This document shows, piece by piece, positions 1 to 11,126 of a stretch of DNA of 64,000 bases (positions are counted from its first letter, which is position 1; each line of letters starts with the position of its first letter). The stretch is from NCBI GenBank assembly GCA_964291215.2, contig OZ219790.1, positions 2,464,001 to 2,528,000 on the forward strand, written 5' to 3'. This DNA is from Alphaproteobacteria bacterium. Lineage in GTDB: Bacteria > Pseudomonadota > Alphaproteobacteria > MPNO01 > UBA830. The position numbers were made by a program, and so were the translations under genes. Under the pieces are notes generated by a model that was not told where the DNA came from, made no database searches, and worked only from the letters and a program-made list of their open reading frames with translations.

Positions 1-114
1 GGATTTGACGGCGATTCTGGGAATAATTTACGGGATTTATGTCGGCATTTGGCGGTTCTTGCGGCGTGATTTGACAATAGTAAGCGTTTGTTCGTGCGGT
101 GAGGTGTTGTTTTT

Positions 115-665
115 TTCGTCTGTTTGACAGGCTTTTGTCAGGGAGTTCCAGCGTCACCCGGAGCGGTTTCGTGCGCCGGGATGCGCGGTGAGGGGCACTG
201 GCGCCATGCCGTGTTTTCCGCATTGGTTGCGGTTTTGTCCCGGCGCTGCGGAGGAGGAGCTGAGCGCCATCCCGTGCCGGTTGCAGGGGTCTGAGGGTCC
301 ACTCCTTGCGGAGCGGGCCAGATGTCTTTCTTCGGCTTCTGTCATGTCGGTCGTAGCGGCCGCTGGTTGTTCCGACGCGGATCCGGCAGACGCCGCGGCG
401 CGGGACCAGGGCCTCGCAGGGCACGGGCGTGGTGTTGCAGCGCGCGCTCCATGCGGCGGTCGAGAAGCAGCGGCTCGCCGCATGGTAGCGCATCTGCGGC
501 GCCGAGGCGCGTGTATCCGAGGGAGTGTCAGCGGGCGGAGCTCGTCGAGGGTCTTCGGGGCGGCAGTGTGATCAGCTTCGGGGCTGGCGGCGGCAGAAGG
601 CGCGGGCGATGGAGTCCGCTCCGTGATCGTCGCAGCACTGCGCGACCATGAAGTCGCGCCCTCGA
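115..665 (-). pseudogene. Probable IS1182-like transposase C-terminal remnant inside the IS66-C TIRs
   Basis: Fragmented motifs across frames on minus strand (LRKES, QLLLR, DKTAT, PKTLDE); heavily frameshifted. Confidence 0.35.
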
Positions 666-705
666 CCTCACGGCGGCGCTGCGAATCTCCGCCGCCTCTC
701 CGGGC

Positions 706-2200
706 TCACGGCAACCAGGGCGACAGATCGCCGGGCCACCGTTCTCCGCGCAGGCGCCAGCGCAGAACGTCGAGGCCGCTCCTCGCGACCGTGCCGTGTA
801 CATGACAGCCGTCCATGCTGTCGGAGCCGAAGCCGGGCTTCCGCCCGTTGGCCGGACCCCTGACAGCCCTTTCCCCGAAATTGTTGTCCATGGTCGACGA
901 ACACGCGATGGTTGAGCGCAGCGGCCTGCCTTCCGGCGCCGCTTTCGGAAGCCTCGGCGCTTCCGCAAACAGCGACCGCAGTCTCCGGCGCCGCCTCGAA
1001 CGTCGCCGGAAGCAAGGCAGTCGAGCCGTGTTCAGGCGGCAGATCTCCGCGATCGATCCATTCCCACCCCTCCAGCTGCGGCCGGCGCAGTCCGGAAAGT
1101 CGCGCCGACAATGCGCCCGACAACAGCACAGGATGATGAAGGGCCACAGGCGCGCCAGCTTCTTGCAGGCGCCGTAGCGGTCGCAGACCGGATACATGGG
1201 GCCGACGACATCCGCGAATAGCTTTGCCGCGACCTCGGCGCTGCGCGAGGGAGAGAACCGCGTCACGGCCGACCGATGTCCGGAGCCAGGCGCGACTTCC
1301 GGACCTCCCTCAGGGCCCGGATGCATCGGCATGGCGCAGACCCCGGTGCGCGAGGATCGTGTCCCGAAGCGGCTCGAACAGGGGCAGCATCCAGCTCGCT
1401 GGCCAGCGTTCCCGGGAGACCGCCCCTGGACGCGGCGCAAGGGCCGCATGCACGCGCTCGTGCAGCACATGCGTCCACACCCGAATGCGGTGCCGGCCGC
1501 CACCTCGCTCGGTGAACCGGGGCAGTCACAGCCCCGGCGGACAATCCGCCGCTTTTGATCTCGATGATCCTGGTGCGAACCGTTGGCAACGCAGCACGAG
1601 CAGGCGTCCTCCGCCACCTCCAGCCGCTCCTCCACCTCCTCGAGCGCCGGCCGCGGCCAGGAGTGCCGCGCTGCTGGCCGCGCTTCGATGGCGCCCGCTG
1701 CCTCTTCTCGCTCTTGCGCCCGTACGACCTGTTCGAACGAAGCTTGTCGTTCTCCGCCCCGACCCTTCAGAACCTTCATCGCGGTCTTCAGGCCGGCATT
1801 CTCCATGCGCAGCGACACCACCGCCGACCGCTTCCGCGCGCCGGCCTCGGCAAGAAACTGGCCCGGACGCGCAACCTCCTGCTTCAGCGCAAGAGACTGC
1901 TTCGCCGTCCGTCGAACTTCCCTGATCTCCGCACGGGCAGCTGACAGCTTCTCGCGATTGCTCTCGAAAATCGCCTTCAGGGAATTCGCGCGGCCCTCCA
2001 CCTCCTGCAAGCGCAGCTCCTCGCAGCGACCCTCCGCAGCCGCCGTGCGGGCTTCCGCCGCCTCGGCTCGAATACGCTCGCGATCGTACAGGGACTTCCA
2101 GGTGGCCGAATCACGACACGACGACTGCGGCATGTCGCCAGCGGCGTCCGCACCCGATGATGACACGAAATCCTCGATGCACATGACCATGCACGACCTG
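706..2200 (-). pseudogene. tnpC: IS66 TnpC transposase, frameshifted
   Basis: Coiled-coil N-terminus; VCDRYGA, CCRAHCRRDF, MDNNFGERAVRGPANGRK..FGSDS motifs; multiple deletions. Confidence 0.8.
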
Positions 2201-2254
2201 ATGGCACCGCCAAAAAAATTTACAGCCCCCTTCTCCGAATCACCAAACCAAACC

Positions 2255-3220
2255 TCAGCGCAGATCGTCATCACCGCACGAACAAACGCTTACCCGCAAC
2301 ATTCGCGTCGAAAGGGTGACGCCGAGCACGATCAGAGCAGTGCCGAGGAGATGGAACAGTCCGACCGTCTCGCCGAGAAGCGGAATCGCGAACGCGGCTG
2401 CGAAGGCCGGCACGAGATACATGTAGAAACCCGCGCGGTTCGGCCCGAGGCGGGTGATGGCATTGTTCCAGCAGATGATGGCGACGACCGAGGGAAAGAT
2501 CGCGACGAACACCAGCGAGACGATGGCGGCCACGCTGGGTTGCGGAATCTGCCCGGTCGCGATCTCGCTCGCGAAGAACGGCAGGTGATAGAGGGCGCCG
2601 AAGGCGCAAATGATGGTGATGAGGGAAAGCGGATTGAGCTCCTTTGGGACCTTGTTGATGATCACCCCGTAGGTGGCCAGCCCGAGGTTGCAGCCAATGA
2701 GGATCGCGTCGCCGAGATTGAAGTTCAGGTTGAGCAGGACTTCCGGGTCGCCCTTCGAGATGATGTAGAACACCCCTGCAATCGCGATCACGGCGCCGAC
2801 GCACTGGATCACGGTCGCGCGGGTGCCGAGAATGGCCCATGACAGGAGAACGATGAGGACCGGAAGTGATGTCTGGATGAGGCTGCCATTGATGGCGGTC
2901 GTGTAGTTGAGGGCCACATAGGTCACGCCGGCGCCGACGAACGGCATCACGAAACCGGCGAACGCCAGCAGCTTCAGATTCTCGCGGAAGATCCTGCCTT
3001 CGTTGCGCAGATACCGCCACGCGAACGGCAGGATGATGAGCGTGCCGATAGTCCAGCGGGTGAAGCCGAGAGTATAGGCCGGTACTTCGCCCACCGCCCA
3101 TCTTCCGACCACGTAGTTCAGCCCGAAGATGAGGCCGGCGAACACCATCATGGCGTGCGCCGCCGCGTCGCCGCCCATTACCCCTTCGCGGGCGGGGGCG
3201 TCCGCACCGGTATCGGTCAT
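2255..3220 (-). CDS. EamA/DMT family permease; last ~12 codons supplied by the IS66 end
   Basis: About 10 hydrophobic helices in two EamA repeats, LGE motif near C-terminus; stop codon lies inside the IS66 element. Confidence 0.9.
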   Translation of the reverse strand: MTDTGADAPAREGVMGGDAAAHAMMVFAGLIFGLNYVVGRWAVGEVPAYTLGFTRWTIGTLIILPFAWRYLRNEGRIFRENLKLLAFAGFVMPFVGAGVTYVALNYTTAINGSLIQTSLPVLIVLLSWAILGTRATVIQCVGAVIAIAGVFYIISKGDPEVLLNLNFNLGDAILIGCNLGLATYGVIINKVPKELNPLSLITIICAFGALYHLPFFASEIATGQIPQPSVAAIVSLVFVAIFPSVVAIICWNNAITRLGPNRAGFYMYLVPAFAAAFAIPLLGETVGLFHLLGTALIVLGVTLSTRMLRVSVCSCGDDDLR

Positions 3221-3308
3221 GAACGAAAGCGGCCGGCCAGTGAAACGGCCGGTCCGCCCCGGAACGGCCGGAAGCCGAAGAGCGGGCCGGGGGCCGGAGC
3301 CTGCCGCA

Positions 3309-4142
3309 CTAGGCGTTCTGCCGGAACTTCGGATTCGTGTATTGGGCGTTGTGCTCGATCATCATCTCAATCAGCTTGGGCATCGAGTCCTTGGTCGGCT
3401 CTGGATCCCTGTCCCAGTGATCATACTTGTCGACGCCGCGCACGAGATGCGCGGGCCGGCGTTCGAGGGTCGACTTGACATGGGGTGGGATCAGGAAAAA
3501 CGAGTAGCCGATCCGCACCTCGTCCGTGAAGTTCGGCGAGGATGCGTGTGCGGTCCGTTCGTTGTGCATCGAGAACTGGCCCTGCTCCAGTTCCATGTGG
3601 ACTGCCTTGGATTCGTCGAGCCCCTTGATGGTCTGGCCGCGGCCGAGCAGGTTCTTCTTCTCGCCCGGAGCGTCCCCGGGCGCATTCTCGTGGCTTTCCT
3701 CGTGATGATAACCTTCGCGGTGCGAGCGCGGCATCACGCGCATGCAGCCGTTTTCCTTGGTTGCCGGCGTAAGCGCCACCCAGCAGGTCACCATGTCGTG
3801 CGGATCGCATCCGAAATACGTGGAATCCTGATGCCACGAGACGAAGGAACCGTCACCGGCGGGCTTGACCCAGAAGCGTGAGCCGAAGGCGAGGATATTC
3901 GGTCCGATGATGTCCTCGGCAGAATCCAGGATCGCCGGCTCGTGGATGAAATCCCACGTCTCCTCCATCGTGAGGTGACCCTTGAGCTTGAAGAGGCCCG
4001 GATTGACGCCGTATTCCTCCTCGAAGCGCTGCACCCCGTCGAGCAGCTTCTGGCAGCGTTCCTTCGATATTCCGTCGAACGGAAAGGCATATCCTTCGCT
4101 GTGATAATGCTCGACCTGTTCTTCGGTCAACACTTTCGGCAT
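3309..4142 (-). CDS. Phytanoyl-CoA dioxygenase (PhyH)-family Fe(II)/2-oxoglutarate dioxygenase
   Basis: WHQD (HxD), TCWVAL..ATKENGCM, distal HAS..N..R motifs. Confidence 0.9.
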   Translation of the reverse strand: MPKVLTEEQVEHYHSEGYAFPFDGISKERCQKLLDGVQRFEEEYGVNPGLFKLKGHLTMEETWDFIHEPAILDSAEDIIGPNILAFGSRFWVKPAGDGSFVSWHQDSTYFGCDPHDMVTCWVALTPATKENGCMRVMPRSHREGYHHEESHENAPGDAPGEKKNLLGRGQTIKGLDESKAVHMELEQGQFSMHNERTAHASSPNFTDEVRIGYSFFLIPPHVKSTLERRPAHLVRGVDKYDHWDRDPEPTKDSMPKLIEMMIEHNAQYTNPKFRQNA

Positions 4143-4467
4143 CGTGTGTTCTCCCCGCAGTTTGACGGTCTCCGATCGACTGTCAGATCACAGTCCCCGT
4201 CATCATGTGCCAGCACATCGTGGATTTCAAGCCCGTTTCGCGACGGAGACCGCGTGCGGCCGGCGGTCCCTGTTCCCGCCTGCGCATCCTGGCGCCCCGG
4301 GCGGCAGGCCCCGACCGGGATTTGCGATTACTCGCAGGGCTATGGCAATCTACAGGTATCTTCCTGCGGTGGCAGGAGAAATCGAGGCAACTTTCGGCGG
4401 GGGATTTCCGCAACGAGGACGGACAACTCCACCCCTACCGAGAAACCCGGAACAACGGAGAAGACCG

Positions 4468-5505
4468 ATGCTTGTACGCAGTTCACTGGCCGTAGCCGGC
4501 TCCCTGGCCGTGCTGGCCATGCTTGCCGTAACGCCTGCGGCGGCGCAGAAGACCTACACCCTGAAGCTTGCCAACTTCACTCCGAAGCCGGCCTCGACCT
4601 CGCGCTGGTTCGAGGCCAAGAACAAGGAACTTGCCGAGAAGTCCGGCGGCAAGCTCAAGCTGGAGATCTTCTACGGCGCGTCGATGGGGCCGATGCCCAG
4701 GCACTACGACCTCGCACGCAAGGGCGTTGCCGATCTCTCGTTCTTCCAGCACGGAACGACGCCGGGCCGTTTCCCGCTCACCGAGCTCACCCACGCCCCC
4801 TACCTGTTCCCGGCCGGGTTCAAGGGTGCGCTGGTCGGCGCCAAGGTCGCCCATGACCTGAATCCGGAGTATTTCGCGCCCGAGCACAAGGGAACCCGGC
4901 AGATCTGGGTTGTCTTCAACCGGCCGTCGGGAGTCTACGACTCGGCCAGGCCGATCAGGACCGTCGCGGATCTCAAGGGCCGGCGTTACCGCGCCCCGAC
5001 CCCGACCGATGTCGCCATGATGAAGTCGCTGGGTGCGTTGCCGATCGGCCTGCCGGCGCCGCTTATGGCGGAATCGCTGCAGAAGAAGACCATTGACGGC
5101 GTCGTCACCGATGCGCTGGGCGTTTTCGCGTTCAAGCTCGGCGGCCTTGTGAAGTACTATTCAAACATGTTCGTCTCGGTCATCAGCTTCGGCCTCGCCA
5201 TCAACGAGAAGGCCTACAACAATCTGCCGGCAGACTACAGGAAGCTCGTCGACGGGCTCGGCTCCAGGGCCAATGTCGAGCAGATGGCGACGATGGGCTG
5301 GGCGGACTTCCCGGTCTATCTCGATTACATGAAGAAACAGAACATCGAGACCGTCAGTCTGGACAAAGCCGCCGACATGGAGATGCGCGCGGCATCCGAC
5401 CGGATCATGGCCGTCAAGATCGCCGAACTCGAAAAGAAGGGCCTTCCGGCGAAGAAGGCCTTTGCCAGGATGAAGGAACTGTCGGCGAAGTATTCCGGCA
5501 TGTAG
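4468..5505 (+). CDS. dctP: TRAP transporter substrate-binding protein
   Basis: Signal peptide, GGKLK.EIF, PGRFPL, DLKGRRYR motifs; ATG at 4468 after GGAG; first gene of the TRAP operon. Confidence 0.9.
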   Translation: MLVRSSLAVAGSLAVLAMLAVTPAAAQKTYTLKLANFTPKPASTSRWFEAKNKELAEKSGGKLKLEIFYGASMGPMPRHYDLARKGVADLSFFQHGTTPGRFPLTELTHAPYLFPAGFKGALVGAKVAHDLNPEYFAPEHKGTRQIWVVFNRPSGVYDSARPIRTVADLKGRRYRAPTPTDVAMMKSLGALPIGLPAPLMAESLQKKTIDGVVTDALGVFAFKLGGLVKYYSNMFVSVISFGLAINEKAYNNLPADYRKLVDGLGSRANVEQMATMGWADFPVYLDYMKKQNIETVSLDKAADMEMRAASDRIMAVKIAELEKKGLPAKKAFARMKELSAKYSGM

Positions 5506-5518
5506 CGCGGACCGGACG

Positions 5519-6007
5519 ATGTCCGCCGCAGCGGCGGTGGCGCGGTTTCTCACCAGCGTCGCCGCCGTCTTCCTTCTCGCCATGGTCGGCATCAACGTCG
5601 TCGATGTCGTCCTGAGGTCGGGCTTCAACGCCCCCATCTTCGGCACCTACGAGATTGTCGAGCTGTTTCTCGCCGCGGTCGCCTTCCTCGCCATACCCGA
5701 GGCATTTTTCCGGGGCCAACACATCACCATCGAGCTCATCGACCAGATCGTGCCGCTCCGCGCCGCCACGTTCCTCCGGGCCACCGGCATCGCCGCGTGC
5801 GTGATCTTTCTCGGCCTGCTGGCGTACCACATGATTCAGCCCGCCATTGACTTCGTGGAGTTCGAGGAGGTCACGCCCGACCTCCAGTATCCGATGATCT
5901 GGAAGGCGGGTTTCGTGCTCGCCGGCGTCATCTTCTCCTTCCTTGCCGTGATAGTGATTTTCCTCCGCGAGATTCGCCGCTCCGCGAAGCCGTCCGGCGG
6001 CGCATGA
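5519..6007 (+). CDS. dctQ: TRAP transporter small permease
   Basis: Four TM helices; VDVVLR..FN.PI.G and HITIELI motifs. Confidence 0.9.
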   Translation: MSAAAAVARFLTSVAAVFLLAMVGINVVDVVLRSGFNAPIFGTYEIVELFLAAVAFLAIPEAFFRGQHITIELIDQIVPLRAATFLRATGIAACVIFLGLLAYHMIQPAIDFVEFEEVTPDLQYPMIWKAGFVLAGVIFSFLAVIVIFLREIRRSAKPSGGA

Positions 6008-7305
6008 CCACCCAGCTCATAGGCTTGTTCGGCATCGCCGGGCTGGTACTGCTGACATTCCTGCGCGTCCCGCTCGGGGCGGCCATGGGGCTCACCGGCC
6101 TGATCGGATATGCGGCCATCGACGGCTGGGAAAAGGCCTTCATCGTCTTCGGCGACACCCCCTACACGCTCTCGCAATACGCGTTCTCGGTGCTGCCGCT
6201 GTTCATCTTCATGGGGAGCATCGCCACCCGGGCGGGCATGTCGCAGGAGCTGTTCGTCGCGGCGAACGCCATATTCGCCGGGCGGCGCGGCGCGCTTCCG
6301 ATGGCCACCATCGGCGCATGCGCCGGATTCGCCGCCATCAGCGGCTCTTCTGTCGCGACCGCTGCCACGTTCTCCCAGATCGCCGTTCCCGAGATGCGCC
6401 GCTACGGCTACGACGAACGGCTTGCGACCGGATCGGTGGCCGCTGGCGGAACGCTCGGAATCCTCATCCCGCCCTCGGTCATCATGGTCATCTACGCGCT
6501 CGCCGCCGAGGAATCGGTTCCCGCGCTGTTCGCCGCCGGCATGGTCCCCGGGGTGCTGCTCACGCTCCTGTTCGTCGCCGTCGTCTGGGTGATAGCCCGC
6601 CTGCGCCCGGAATGGGCTCCGGCCGGCGCGCGCATGTCGTGGTGGGAACGGCTCGTCGCAGCCACCGCGATGTGGAAGCTGATCGTGCTCTTCGGGCTCG
6701 CCGTCGGAGGCATCTATACCGGCTGGTTCAGCCCCACCGAGGCGGCCGGCATCGCCTCGTTCGCCGCCCTCGTCATCGCGGTCGCCTCGCCCCGTTTCGG
6801 CTGGTCCGAGTTCTTCGACTGCCTGGCGGACACGCTCAGGACGACGGCGATGCTCATGTTCATCATCGCCGGTGCCTGGATATTCGCGTATTTCGTGGTC
6901 CAGACCCGACTGCCGACGGCTCTGATCCAGCTGATCGAGGCGATGGCCCTTGCACCGTGGGCGGTCATCGTGATGATCTTGGCCTTCTACATCCTTCTCG
7001 GCTGCGTCCTCGAATCCGTGGCCATAATCCTGGTGACGGTTCCGGTCTTCCTGCCGATCATCCTTGCCCTCGGCTACGACCCTGTCTGGTACGGCGTGCT
7101 GATGGTCGTGGTTGTCGAGGTCGGGCTCATCACGCCGCCCGTCGGACTGAACATCTTCGTCATCAGGGCGCAACTCGAGGATATAGAACTCGGCACGATC
7201 TTCCGTGGAATCGGACCGTTCCTGATCGCCGACGCCGTGCTTATCCTGCTGCTGATGCTGTTTCCCGGGCTGGCGCTCTGGCTGCCGGGACTACTCTTCC
7301 CATAA
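6004..7305 (+). CDS. dctM: TRAP transporter large permease
   Basis: SGSSVATAAT, GGTLGILIPPS, PTEAA, ITPPVGLN motifs; ATGA overlap with dctQ. Confidence 0.95.
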   Translation: MTTQLIGLFGIAGLVLLTFLRVPLGAAMGLTGLIGYAAIDGWEKAFIVFGDTPYTLSQYAFSVLPLFIFMGSIATRAGMSQELFVAANAIFAGRRGALPMATIGACAGFAAISGSSVATAATFSQIAVPEMRRYGYDERLATGSVAAGGTLGILIPPSVIMVIYALAAEESVPALFAAGMVPGVLLTLLFVAVVWVIARLRPEWAPAGARMSWWERLVAATAMWKLIVLFGLAVGGIYTGWFSPTEAAGIASFAALVIAVASPRFGWSEFFDCLADTLRTTAMLMFIIAGAWIFAYFVVQTRLPTALIQLIEAMALAPWAVIVMILAFYILLGCVLESVAIILVTVPVFLPIILALGYDPVWYGVLMVVVVEVGLITPPVGLNIFVIRAQLEDIELGTIFRGIGPFLIADAVLILLLMLFPGLALWLPGLLFP

Positions 7306-7339
7306 CCCCGGGAGCGGCCACGCCGCAGAACCGTCTCGG

Positions 7340-7379
7340 CGCGAACCCGGCGCCGAAGCTCACGGATGCCGGGTTCGCG
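7340..7379. repeat. 12-bp stem hairpin between dctM and SDR (REP-like or RNA stabiliser)
   Basis: CGCGAACCCGGC ... GCCGGGTTCGCG; no U-tract. Confidence 0.4.
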
Positions 7380-7458
7380 GAATTCGGCGAAGGGTGTACA
7401 AAGGCGCAACGGATCCCGTCGGGGAGCCCGGAAAACAGATACAGAAGGGACAACCGTC

Positions 7459-8163
7459 ATGGCCGAGACCAGAGTTGCGATCATCACCGCGGGCGGGCGC
7501 GGAATCGGAGCGGGATGCGCCCGTGCGCTCGCCGTGCGCGGATACGAAGTCGTGCTGATGTCGTCCGGCGGTTCAGCGGAAGCACTGGCGGAGGAGCTCG
7601 GCGGGACGGGGGTAAACGGCTCGGTCGCCGACGCCGGCGATCTGGAGCAACTCGTGGAGACCGCGATGGAGAAGCACGGACGCATTGATGCGGTCATCAA
7701 CAACAGCGGATTCCCGCCGAAGGGACAGCTTCTCGAAATTCCCGACCAGGACTGGCTCGCCGGCCTCGACATGGTGCTGCTCAACGTCATCCGCATGGCG
7801 CGGCTGACGACGCCGATCATGATCGACCAGAAGCAGGGCGCGTTCGTCAACATCTCGACCTTCGCCGCCCTCGAGCCGAGCCTTGTCTATCCGGTCTCGT
7901 CGACATTCCGCGCCGGAGTGGCCGCCTTCGCCAAGCTGTTCGCCGACGAGTACGGGCCCCACGGCATCCGCATGAACAACATCCTTCCCGGCTTCATCGA
8001 CACCCACGGCTCCGACGACGATGTCGCCGGCACGATCCCGGCACGCCGTTTCGGCCTGCCGTCGGAGATCGGCGAGACAGCGGCCTTCCTGCTGTCCGAC
8101 GAGGGCATGTACATCACCGGACAGAACATCCGCGTCGACGGCGGCCTGTCGCGATCCATCTGA
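7459..8163 (+). CDS. Short-chain dehydrogenase/reductase
   Basis: TAGGRGIG, NNSG, YITGQNIRVDGG; atypical catalytic S-x3-R (SSTFR). Confidence 0.9.
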   Translation: MAETRVAIITAGGRGIGAGCARALAVRGYEVVLMSSGGSAEALAEELGGTGVNGSVADAGDLEQLVETAMEKHGRIDAVINNSGFPPKGQLLEIPDQDWLAGLDMVLLNVIRMARLTTPIMIDQKQGAFVNISTFAALEPSLVYPVSSTFRAGVAAFAKLFADEYGPHGIRMNNILPGFIDTHGSDDDVAGTIPARRFGLPSEIGETAAFLLSDEGMYITGQNIRVDGGLSRSI

Positions 8164-8215
8164 GGGGCTCGGCCGGAACCGAACGCCCCGGCCGGCGCCA
8201 GGGATGCGGCCGCCG

Positions 8216-9930
8216 CTATCTGGCGGTCGGCTTCTCTCCCTCGACGCCTGCCGCCGACAGGCCCACCTGCACGATACGCCGTCCGTCGACGCCGGCGACG
8301 ACCACATACTTGAAGCGCTTGCCGTCGAGTTCGCGCGCCCGGACGCCTTGGACGACCGTGGCCGCCTCGTCGATGAGCAGGCGAGCGAACGGCGCCGACT
8401 GCGGGTTTGCCGCGGCGTCTGTGGCGATACGTGAAGTCCGTTCCCGGCGCATGGGTGAAGACGACCCTGCCGGTCTCGTCGCTGATTCAGAATTCGGCGA
8501 TGACCGTCCGCTTGACGATGTCGGCAAGGACGGCGTTGATCTCGCCGGTGCTCATGTCGGCCTTGAGTGCCGCCGCAACGTAGTAGTCTAACATTATTGT
8601 ATTGAGGGATATAGTGACTTCAGTTTCGTCCGGGCATCCTTCGTCGTGAAACGCCAGTCGACAGTGACATCGGCCGCATTGCGGCGCTCGACCCACGCCA
8701 CGGTCTCCCGCAGCATGGTGTCGCTGTCGGGAATGCGCCGCCGAAGGCATTGCCGCGACAGCGCACCGATCTCGGCCATGTTGAGCCAGCTTCCGTGCTT
8801 CGGCGTATAGCGAAACTCGAACCGCTTTCGTACCCGCCTCCTCGGGCTCGAAGGCTTCATACAGCGACTGTGCGTGTTCAGATTGTCCAGCACGATCTTC
8901 CTGTCGGGGAAATGGACGTCGGCAAGCTCCCGGATGAAGTGCGCCCAGTCCCGCGACGGTCGGTGACTTTCACCGTGCGCCAGTTCTCGTTGGGCGCAAA
9001 GGCCAGGAAGAGGTTGGCCGTGCCGTTGCGCTCATATTCATAGTCGACCACCTCCGGCTGACCGGAGGACGGGGGGTTTCCTTCGTCTGCTGCCGGCTGG
9101 TTTCGCACACCAGCACCTCGTCCCCGGCAAAGTCCCGCTGATAAATGTCAAGCACATCCGCCGCCACGAACTGTGCGCTCCGGTGCGGTGGAATGCACCA
9201 GTTCAGCCACGGCTTGATCTCTTTTTTTTAGCGTCTTCCTGACCGTCTCTTCTGAAATGCGCTCGACAATCTCCACCAGACGGCCGGCGAGCAGCTTCAG
9301 CGGGCACAGCCCTCGGGCGGGGACGAACAGGGCGATCAGCTTCGCCTCCATCGCCCCCGTTTTGGCCGGCGGTTCACCTGCTCCTTGCGGCTGAGGGCGG
9401 CGTCCAGCCCCTCCAGGACGCAGCGCAAGCGCTCAATCGTCGCCGTGCCCAGCCCTTGCGCAATGTCGGCATCGACAAGCGACCCCTCAGCATCAGGATT
9501 TGTGCCCGGCGCCAGGCAGCCCCGGTGCCGTCGACAATCGCCTTCAGATCCCGGCGCTCCTGCGCCGAAAGGGTCACGCGGTAGAGCTTCCTGCCCCGAG
9601 AGTTGGCCATATGCGCCGCTCCTGTCATTGCGCCGAAGACCTGCGGGCATGCCCGTTGTCCGGACCTGCGCATGGGGCTGCGGCTGCCTGCCTGTTCGGC
9701 ATCTGCCCGTGTGGATATCGGCACTGTCCGGATTCCAACGAACGCCGACACGGAAATACTACCCACAAAAAAACCATCAATACAATGCCGGTGGACTAGT
9801 AGTTCACCGCCAGTATCGCTTCAGCCACCATGTGCGCGTTGACGAGTTTCTCGGCTGGGGACGGATCGTCGGCCCGCGCCAGACCGAGGGGAAGGAGACA
9901 GAGGGCGGCGGCTGCCAGCACTGTTCTCAT
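8216..9930 (-). pseudogene. Secreted protein with Cache-like sensor domain, split by IS630
   Basis: N-part 9930-9800 (signal peptide MRTVLAAAALCLLPLGLARA) rejoins C-part 8582-8216 (YVAAALKA..EF*ISDETG..FKYV..AGVDG.RIVQVG) when the IS is removed; also an internal TGA and a frameshift. Confidence 0.6.
8583..9799 (-). mobile_element. IS630-family element copy 1, degenerate
   Basis: DYEYERNGTANLF, LDNLNTH, YTPKHGSWLNMAEI motifs; TA duplication at 8581-8582 and 9800-9801. Confidence 0.9.
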
Positions 9931-10215
9931 GGTAACGGTTCTCCGGATGGATGTCGGGCAGTCGGATGTCGTGGGAAACACACCGCAAAATCACGGCCCC
10001 GGGAATTTCGGAATCCGTCTGGCGCCGACACCCAACCCCTCCGCCGATCCATCCGGGCCGGTTGCAAAAATCCGTTGCCGCCCAGCGCCCGCGACGATGG
10101 CATGGGCCGGAACCGCTGGCGTCGGTGGCGATTCTGGACACCCGCGTGCGGGACTGTATCATCGACGCATGATGACAGCCTCGCATTCGGCAGCCCGACC
10201 GCACAGCCCTTGGAC

Positions 10216-10938
10216 ATGAGCCTCAAGCCTTCCGCAACCGAACTGTTTCGCCGGAAACTCGCCGAGCGTCCCCAACCGGCCGAACTCCGCCAGATCGCGC
10301 TTGACGGCCTTGCCTCTTCGCCGGCGCTAGAGGCAGCCCGTCACGCCGAGATCGGCATGCTCGTCATGCACACCGACAGGACCTGGTGGGACGGCCTCTT
10401 GGTGCGCGCCCTTGCCGAACAGGGGCTGGCACTGACGGGGAAATGGTCCGGGCGCCTGGTTTCGTCTGCCGGCAATGCTGCCATTCGCAGCGGCGAGGCG
10501 GTCATCCAGGTCAGCCACTTCATCGTCAGGGAAACGCATGAACGGAACCGGTGGCCGATCCGAATGCAGGGCCTCGACTGCAGGAACGCCACCTCGCTCA
10601 CCCAGCTGATCGTCGAACACGAGATAGCGCATGTCGCGGAATACGCGGCCACCGGGAAGATGCGGGGTCACGGACCGACATTCCGGGAGATCGCCGGCAG
10701 CCAGTTCGGTCACACCAAGTTTACCCACAACCTGATCACGGCAAGGCAGAAGGCGCACGACGAGGGAATCCGACCGGGCATGCGGGTGACATTCGTCCAT
10801 GAGGAGAGCCGCTACTGGGGCAAGGTCGCCAGGATAACGAAGCGGGCCACCGTCATTACCGAAGGGCGGCCGCAAATGAAATGCTACGTGCCGATCAAGC
10901 TGCTCGAAGCCGCGCCCCTCCGGCGGTCGGCAGCCTGA
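10216..10938 (+). CDS. SprT-like zinc metalloprotease with C-terminal SH3/KOW-like domain
   Basis: EHEIAH (HExxH) followed by GHGPTF; C-terminal GIRPGMRVTF..GKVARITKRATV; start codon uncertain. Confidence 0.7.
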   Translation: MSLKPSATELFRRKLAERPQPAELRQIALDGLASSPALEAARHAEIGMLVMHTDRTWWDGLLVRALAEQGLALTGKWSGRLVSSAGNAAIRSGEAVIQVSHFIVRETHERNRWPIRMQGLDCRNATSLTQLIVEHEIAHVAEYAATGKMRGHGPTFREIAGSQFGHTKFTHNLITARQKAHDEGIRPGMRVTFVHEESRYWGKVARITKRATVITEGRPQMKCYVPIKLLEAAPLRRSAA

Positions 10939-11126
10939 CCGATCCGGACCCGCTCCTTCGTCGGAAGCCGCCACCGGCCCGATTCGGCAAGCGCCGCCAG
11001 CGTGGCGGGATCGTCTCGCACCGTCCCGCCCGGGATTTCGACGCCTTTCGGCACTTCAGGGATATCGCTTGCGCCACGGCCCGCGAACAGCCCGAAACGC
11101 CGCCTCCCGCCCCTTTCAACATCCCA

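Larger units (their letters stand above)
80..2293 (-). mobile_element. IS66-family element (family C), degenerate
   Basis: Perfect 23-bp TIRs GTAAGCGTTTGTTCGTGCGGTGA at 80-102 and (reverse complement) 2271-2293; contains tnpC remnant; flanks TGACAATA / CCGCAACA give no TSD. Confidence 0.85.

Noticed and set aside
9385-10215. N-terminal half of the 517-aa ORF
   Set aside because: Read-through of IS630 antisense and intergenic sequence; only the SprT-like part from about 10216 looks coding
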